Assembly: GCA_965216635.1 (NCBI GenBank)
Contig: OZ244188.1
Location: 160,001-224,000, forward strand
Origin: a bacterium
Lineage (GTDB): Bacteria; SAR324; XYD2-FULL-50-16; G965216635
Reading direction: 5' to 3'
Length of the DNA: 64,000 nt
Part shown: one piece after another, positions 58,481-64,000 of the stretch
Layout: every line of letters begins with the position of its first letter
Position numbering within the stretch: position 1 is the stretch's first letter
Notes under the pieces: model-generated
The model's input: the letters and a program-made list of their open reading frames with translations, nothing else
Databases searched by the model: none
Told to the model about the DNA's origin: nothing
Translations under genes and position numbers: made by a program

Positions 58481-58800
58481 ATAAAACAGAATTCAGCGAC
58501 TATTTGATGAGCCACCTAGCCAAGAATAAAAAACATTTTCAAAAACTTTCTGTTCTAGAAAAGAAATCTTATGCTAATTCTATAGTGGAATGTTTTTTTA
58601 GCTCTATTACTGAATGTCTACAAACAAGAGATAAGATAGAAATACGCGGGCTGGGCGTCTTCAAAGTTAAAGAATACAAAAATTTTTTAGTTAGGAATCC
58701 TAGAAACATCCAAGATAGAAAAATAGTTTCTAAGCAACTTCCTACTTTTAAACCTTCCAAATTGTTGAAACAGAAATTGATAGATTTAGCCAATACGTAG
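58477..58800 (+). CDS. HU/IHF family DNA-binding protein (IHF beta-like)
   Basis: KIEIRGLGVF, RNPR, PTFKPSK.L. Confidence 0.85.
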   Translation: MNKTEFSDYLMSHLAKNKKHFQKLSVLEKKSYANSIVECFFSSITECLQTRDKIEIRGLGVFKVKEYKNFLVRNPRNIQDRKIVSKQLPTFKPSKLLKQKLIDLANT

Positions 58801-58840
58801 TGAGTCAATAAATAACTAAAATAGGCTTTTCAAGGGACGA

Positions 58841-59049
58841 CTATTTATAAAGGCTAGCTTCTCCTAAAAATTCTGCATCACCAAAAAAAGATTCCTCTAA
58901 AAATTCTACAAAATTAAAATCAACTTTTTTAAAGAATTTTGCTCCTAAAAAATCAAAGATTCTATTTTTAAAATAACCATCTTTGATTTCTAGATTTGAT
59001 CAAAACTTTTGAAAAAAATCTTGATGATTGGTTTTTTTATTTCGCTTTT
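58841..59049 (-). pseudogene. Pentapeptide-repeat protein remnant
   Basis: KTNHQDFFQKF*SNLEIKDGYFKNRIFDFLGAKFFKKVDFNFVEFLEESFFGDAEFLGEASLYK*; periodic Phe pattern, internal stop, no start. Confidence 0.55.
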
Positions 59050-59067
59050 TTAATCTAACTGGATCCC

Positions 59068-60561
59068 TTAATCTAACTGTATCCAGGTGGTTTTGAGTTC
59101 GGTGAATTTATCTATAGCGTGCAACGATAGGTCTCTGCCTATACCAGACTGCTTGTAGCCTCCAAAAGGAGTCATCGGAGAAACTACGTCTACGGTATTG
59201 ACGGAAACAGATCCCGCCCTTATTCTACGAGCGAGTTTGTGGGCTTTGCTTAAATTTTCAGTCCATAAAGAAGCAACCAATCCGTAGGTGCTGTCGTTGG
59301 CTTTTTGGATAGCTTCGTCATCGGTCTTGAAAGTATCAACGACAACTACGGGTCCAAAAATTTCTTCTCGCACAATGCACGCGTCTTTTTTAGGTGCTTC
59401 AAAAATGGTAGGTTCTATAAAACAATTCACTCCTCCTATTTCTAGTCTGTTTCCTCCATAAACAAGGGTGGCTTCTGTTTTTCCTTTTTCAATATAGCCC
59501 ATCACCTTGTCAGCGTGGGATTGCTCTACCATAGCTCCCAATTCGTTTTCTGGATCTAGCGGGTTGCCTACTTTGATTTTCTTTGTTTTTTCTATGATTT
59601 TTTTCATCAACTCTTCTTTAAGGCTTTCGTGTATCAAAAGACGGGTATTTGCAGAACACATTTCTCCTTGATTAAAAGTAAAACCTTCTACAGATTTTTC
59701 TGCTATTTTATCTAAATCTTTGGCGTCTTCTAAAACTATGTTGGGAGATTTACCTCCAGCCTCTACCCAAATTCTTTTCATATTGGAACGAGCCGAGTAT
59801 TCCAAAAATAACTTGCCAATTTCAGTGGAACCAGTAAAAGCGACACAATCTATATCGGAATGTATACCGATAGCCTTGCCAGCGGTTTCTCCAAAGCCTG
59901 TTACTACATTAAAAACGCCATCTGGAATTCCAGCCTCCAAGGCTAATTCTGCTAATTTTAAGGCAGACGAGGGAGATTGTTCGGCTGGTTTTAAAATAAA
60001 AGAATTTCCAGAAATTAAAGCAGGTGCAGTTTTCCACATAGCCATATCCAAGGGAAAATTCCACGGCACTACAGCTCCGATAACTCCCATAGGCTCGCGG
60101 GTAATTGTAGCAAAAGCATCCTTTCTGACAGGAGCTATTTCGTCGTAAATTTTATCTATACTCTCAGCATACCATCTTAAAACACCGCAGGCTGCTGGAA
60201 CATCGCTTACATAAGCCATTTGTACAGATTTTCCCATATCTAAACTTTCTAACAAAGCAAAGGTTTCGCTATTTCGCTCTATTAAGTCCACCAATTTAAG
60301 CAAAATTTTTTTCTTCTCACTAGGATTCGTTTCGCTCCAAACTCCTTTGTTAAAAGATTGTCTTGCGGCTTGGACGGCTTTTTCTACATCTTCTTTATCG
60401 CAGGCAGCTACTTGGGCTAAAACTTCTCCGGTAGCAGGGTTTATGTTTTCAAAAGTTTTTCCGCTTACGGCAGAAACAAATTCTCCATCAATAAAAGCAA
60501 GATTGGGAAATTTTATTTTTTCAGCTTCTGTTTTCCAAAATTCATAAGTTTTTTCTTTCAT
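59068..60561 (-). CDS. Aldehyde dehydrogenase (PuuC/AldH-like)
   Basis: PWNFP, KPAEQSP, FTGSTE, EAGGKSP, NQGEMC, EEIFGP, PFGGYKQSG. Confidence 0.93.
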   Translation of the reverse strand: MKEKTYEFWKTEAEKIKFPNLAFIDGEFVSAVSGKTFENINPATGEVLAQVAACDKEDVEKAVQAARQSFNKGVWSETNPSEKKKILLKLVDLIERNSETFALLESLDMGKSVQMAYVSDVPAACGVLRWYAESIDKIYDEIAPVRKDAFATITREPMGVIGAVVPWNFPLDMAMWKTAPALISGNSFILKPAEQSPSSALKLAELALEAGIPDGVFNVVTGFGETAGKAIGIHSDIDCVAFTGSTEIGKLFLEYSARSNMKRIWVEAGGKSPNIVLEDAKDLDKIAEKSVEGFTFNQGEMCSANTRLLIHESLKEELMKKIIEKTKKIKVGNPLDPENELGAMVEQSHADKVMGYIEKGKTEATLVYGGNRLEIGGVNCFIEPTIFEAPKKDACIVREEIFGPVVVVDTFKTDDEAIQKANDSTYGLVASLWTENLSKAHKLARRIRAGSVSVNTVDVVSPMTPFGGYKQSGIGRDLSLHAIDKFTELKTTWIQLD

Positions 60562-60612
60562 TTTTTATTTAGGTGATAATTTGATTAAAAATACACGCTC
60601 TACACAATTAGA

Positions 60613-60738
60613 TAGACCTTTGAATTTGCCAAATAGAACAAAACTAGCTGCGACGGCTAGCCAAATGGTTAGAACAGGAGCGAAAAAAACTTTCGCTCCT
60701 GGTCTAGCTTTCCTATAATGCTAAAGTTCAAAGGTCTC
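60613..60738. mobile_element. MITE-like repeat, complete copy (reverse orientation)
   Basis: TAGACCTTTGAATTTGCCAAATAG ... GTTCAAAGGTCTC; internal hairpin CAGGAGCGAAA/TTTCGCTCCTG. Confidence 0.8.
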
Positions 60739-60917
60739 AACAGTATTGTCAAAAATACGCGCAGCTACAAAGTTATTCAGATTCTATCTCTAATTAAAAT
60801 TGCAACTGCACCTTGCCTCACACTTATCCTGGAATTTCCTTTCTTGTGTTTGAAATTTTATCAAATTATCTCAAAACCGCTAGAAAGCTAATTCAACAAA
60901 TTGTAGGATAGTTACTA

Positions 60918-61970
60918 TCAATTATATCTATAGGGTCTTCCCGCTTTTTGCATATCAGAGTTATATTTTTTGAAGATATTAACGACCTTAGCCTTCGTTT
61001 TTGACTCTGCTGCTATTTTGTCCCAAAACTTAACAGCTGCCTTTTCCACTCTAGCCCATTCGCTATCAGATATAGTTGTTAGTTTGAGTTTTTTACCATA
61101 AACTCTGAGAGAAGCTTCGCCTCCCCAATACCACCATTGCCTATAATAGTGTGAACTATCCATAGTAAGCTGCAGAAGCTCTTTCAAGTGAGCAGGTAAT
61201 TTGTTATACTGCTTCATATTCGCAAAAAACGAACCCGCCCAAGCACCAGAAATATTGTTGGTGAGAAAATATTTCGTAACATCTGCCCAACCTACAGTAT
61301 AGTCTTCTGTTATCCCAGACCACGCAATACCATCTAGTTCTCCAGTTTGAACAGCAACCTCAATATCTTCCCAAGGCAATGTAACAGGCACTACTCCAAA
61401 CTGTTTAAGAAACCTTCCCGCTGTTGGAAATGTAAAGACTCTTAATCCTTTTAAATCAGACAGTTTACGGATAGGTTTCTTAGTTGCAAAATGACAAGGG
61501 TCCCAAGCACCTGCTGACAAATGTTTTACTCCGAGTTTTGAATATTCTGCATCCCAAATCTTATTCAATCCATATTGATTAAATAATACAGGAACATCCA
61601 GAGAGTACCTACTAGCAAAAGGGAAATAGCCTCCAAAAACAGTAACCTCAGTGGGAGAAGCCATAGAATCATCATCCGATTGCACTGCGTCTATTGTGCC
61701 TTTTTGCATTGCTCTGAAAAGCTCACTTGTAGGAACTAATTGATCAGAAAAATACAATTCTATTTTCATTTCACCCTTTGCAACTTTATTAAAACTATCA
61801 ATTGCCGGTTTGATTACATGTTTTGCTAAGGCTGGTCCTGCATAGGTCTGCATTCTCCAGCGAATCTCCTTTTTAGCGTGAACTACAGGGGCTTTTGTTA
61901 TCAAAGCAGCAGCCCCTACACCAGCTATTCCAGCTCCTTTGATGAATTTACGTCTAGTTGTTGTATTCAT
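60918..61970 (-). CDS. dctP: TRAP transporter substrate-binding protein DctP with Tat signal
   Basis: MNTTTRRKFIKGAG Tat motif, WRMQT, DLKGLRV. True ATG is 61970; the track start lies in a repeat. Confidence 0.9.
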   Translation of the reverse strand: MNTTTRRKFIKGAGIAGVGAAALITKAPVVHAKKEIRWRMQTYAGPALAKHVIKPAIDSFNKVAKGEMKIELYFSDQLVPTSELFRAMQKGTIDAVQSDDDSMASPTEVTVFGGYFPFASRYSLDVPVLFNQYGLNKIWDAEYSKLGVKHLSAGAWDPCHFATKKPIRKLSDLKGLRVFTFPTAGRFLKQFGVVPVTLPWEDIEVAVQTGELDGIAWSGITEDYTVGWADVTKYFLTNNISGAWAGSFFANMKQYNKLPAHLKELLQLTMDSSHYYRQWWYWGGEASLRVYGKKLKLTTISDSEWARVEKAAVKFWDKIAAESKTKAKVVNIFKKYNSDMQKAGRPYRYN

Positions 61971-61980
61971 AATTAATCTT

Positions 61981-62376
61981 GAGACCTTTGAATTAGCGTT
62001 CTGTTTAGCCAAAACAAGCTTATTGCTTCCAACCTATACGGGCTTTAGCAAAAGAGCCACTGGTATGACCATTTGGCTCTTTTGCAGTCTATATTGTGTT
62101 AGCTTTAAGTTTTGTGGTGTTTTTTGCTACGCCGTTAAAAAAAAAATTTAACTCTTGAAATATCGTAGTGCCACAATAATGGCACCAGGTACACTACAAA
62201 ACTTGCGTTATGTGCTCTAAATAAGGCAAAAAAGAATGTAAAAGAGCCAGTGGATCTTCTACTGCAACCCTTATTTTGTGTTAAGAAATAAGAGAGTATT
62301 CCTGCAAGCTAAATTTTTTTTTTGCACTTTTCTAACCATTTGGCTAGCCGTCACATAACACTAATTCAAAGCTCTC
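61981..62376. mobile_element. Longest composite MITE-like repeat, inside the TRAP operon
   Basis: GAGACCTTTGAATTAG ... CTAATTCAAAGCTCTC with two AAAAGAGCCA palindrome modules. Confidence 0.8.
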
Positions 62377-62499
62377 GCCTTTAGTTAAGTTTAAAATTAA
62401 GCAAACAATTATTAATTATTCGCTGTACTATAAAAACATAATCTGTTACCCTTAAAGATCTCTTTTTTTTTAAAAAATATTTTAACAGCTAACTAACTT

Positions 62500-63822
62500 T
62501 TATTTTCCATAGATATAATTTGGAAACCATAAACTAATATTAGGAAATAGCATAATTAGCAGCAATGCAAATATCATAATGAGAATAAAGGGCCAAATAG
62601 AGCTATAAATATCTTTTATTGTAATTTCAGGAGGAGCCATAGCCCGCATTAGAAAAAGATTGTATCCAAATGGAGGAGTAATATAGGCAATTTGAGATGT
62701 AATAGTGTATAAGACACCATACCAAATAAGATTAAAGCCCAAATGATCTACAAGTGGAACATAGAGAGGAGCAACTATTACAAGCATTGCAGTATCATCA
62801 AGGAATGTACCCATAACAAGAAAGGATATTTGCATTAAAATTAACACGGTCCAAGGGCTAAATCCGAGTTGATCTGTAAATAGATTTTCTATCACCTTAA
62901 CTGCTCCCAGTCCGTCAAATACTGCCCCGAATCCCAACGCAGCAAGAATAATCCACATGAACATACAAGATATGGCTAGAGTTTGTTTGACTGATACTTC
63001 CAGAACATGTTTATTCATCCTACCTTTGAGCACAGATGCCAACAATGCAGCCATAGCTCCGATTGCCGAACTTTCCACAAGACTTGTCCACCCTTTGACA
63101 AATGGAATCATCATTGCAGCAAAAATAAATAAAGGAAGCAAACCTGATCTTAGAAGAGCTAATTTTTCGCGAAGTGAAACTTTCCTATCATCTGATTTTA
63201 ATGCAGGACCGAGTTCAGGTTGAAATTTACAGCGGACAATAATGTATATAATAAAGAGGGTCGCCATCAGCAATCCTGGAATAATTCCTGCTAGCCAAAG
63301 TCTTCCTACCGGTTGCCTTGCTATCAAGGCATATAGGACTAAGACTACAGAAGGTGGGATCAAAATTCCCAATGATGAACCAGCTTGAATTACCCCTGTA
63401 ACCATTTTTTTGTCATAATTTCGTTTTAAGAGTTCGGGTAGAGCAATTGTTGCCCCAATAGCCATACCTGCTACTGAAAGTCCATTCATAGCAGAAATAA
63501 GAACCATTAAAATAATAGTGCCAATAGCCAAACCACCTCTAATTGGCCCCATCCATACATGGAACATACGGTATAAATCATCAGCCAGTTTTGATTCTGA
63601 TAAAATATATCCCATAAAAATAAACATAGGTAGAGTTAGTAAAGGATACCATTTCATCAATTTCATAGCAGCACCAAAAGGAATAGCCGAACCTCCAGTT
63701 CCCCATAATGAAAGAGCAGCAATAGATGCAACAGCCCCGATAGCTCCAAAAACCCGTTGTCCTGTCAACAGCATTAGCATCATTGACGAGAACATAAAAA
63801 CGGCAATAAATTCGTATGGCAT
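62500..63822 (-). CDS. dctM: TRAP transporter large permease DctM
   Basis: LPMFIFMG, GSSLGILIPPS, ITPPFGYNLF; many TM helices. Confidence 0.93.
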   Translation of the reverse strand: MPYEFIAVFMFSSMMLMLLTGQRVFGAIGAVASIAALSLWGTGGSAIPFGAAMKLMKWYPLLTLPMFIFMGYILSESKLADDLYRMFHVWMGPIRGGLAIGTIILMVLISAMNGLSVAGMAIGATIALPELLKRNYDKKMVTGVIQAGSSLGILIPPSVVLVLYALIARQPVGRLWLAGIIPGLLMATLFIIYIIVRCKFQPELGPALKSDDRKVSLREKLALLRSGLLPLFIFAAMMIPFVKGWTSLVESSAIGAMAALLASVLKGRMNKHVLEVSVKQTLAISCMFMWIILAALGFGAVFDGLGAVKVIENLFTDQLGFSPWTVLILMQISFLVMGTFLDDTAMLVIVAPLYVPLVDHLGFNLIWYGVLYTITSQIAYITPPFGYNLFLMRAMAPPEITIKDIYSSIWPFILIMIFALLLIMLFPNISLWFPNYIYGK

Positions 63823-64000
63823 TAGATTTTTTCTCCTTTAATACGTAATATATCCTTCAAAAATTCAGAAAAAATTTGTAACAACATCAGTACAAACCCC
63901 AAGCTTGTAATAAATTTTATTGGCCATAGGTAAGGTCTCCAAGCCGTTGGACTTCTTTCGCTGTATTGTAGAGAATAAGCGAGGCTTTCTATAGATCCAT
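63822..64000 (-). CDS. dctQ: TRAP transporter small permease DctQ (3' part only)
   Basis: Manual translation ...ERSPTAWRPYLWPIKFITSLGFVLMLLQIFSEFLKDILRIKGEKI*; TAATG overlap with dctM. Confidence 0.85.
   Translation of the reverse strand, partial: GSIESLAYSLQYSERSPTAWRPYLWPIKFITSLGFVLMLLQIFSEFLKDILRIKGEKI

Noticed and set aside
61939..62151. 70-aa ORF and the N-terminal extension of DctP to 62012
   Set aside because: Both are read from the MITE-like repeat; DctP starts at 61970 with a Tat motif.
2161..63841. Numerous 60-140 aa ORFs antisense to or overlapping recognised genes
   Set aside because: They are shadow frames of well-supported CDSs, with no independent signals.

Overview
A low-GC (roughly one-third G+C by eye) bacterial chromosome segment. 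The housekeeping proteins look deltaproteobacteria/SAR324-like rather than spirochaetal, but this is inference. Most of the window is housekeeping genes in scrambled order: rsfS, recO, moaC, an orphan rplJ-rplL, tRNA-Leu(CAA), cimA, trmL, hisS, split rplU/rpmA, ppiA, sat-cysC, icd, pheT, pta, dapA, mlaF/mlaD, clpB, fumC, hemB, argD, an aldehyde dehydrogenase and a TRAP transporter. Four things stand out. (1) At 38.3-45.8 kb, two paralogues of the Treponema cytoplasmic-filament protein CfpA flank two genes: one with an apparent C-terminal HPr-fold domain (His251), and a PPDK-derived protein that keeps its phospho-His and PEP/pyruvate site but has lost the ATP/Mg-binding residues. This is a candidate PEP-driven (PTS-like) phosphorelay coupled to a cytoskeletal filament. 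(2) At 28.9-32.8 kb, seven DUF1640/Bdr-like membrane-anchored coiled-coil genes form a tandem array built from shuffled 11/18/25-aa modules, in two promoter units bordered by G-tract motifs, next to a large-looped outer-membrane beta-barrel gene. (3) A modular palindromic MITE-like repeat family (ends TAGACYTTTGAATT...AATTCAAARGTCTA) occupies most large intergenic spaces. (4) Single-gene defence or TA insertions sit among the core genes, including a GmrSD-like gene whose insertion duplicated and replaced the 3' end of hisS. All family assignments come from motif recognition by eye, with no database searches.
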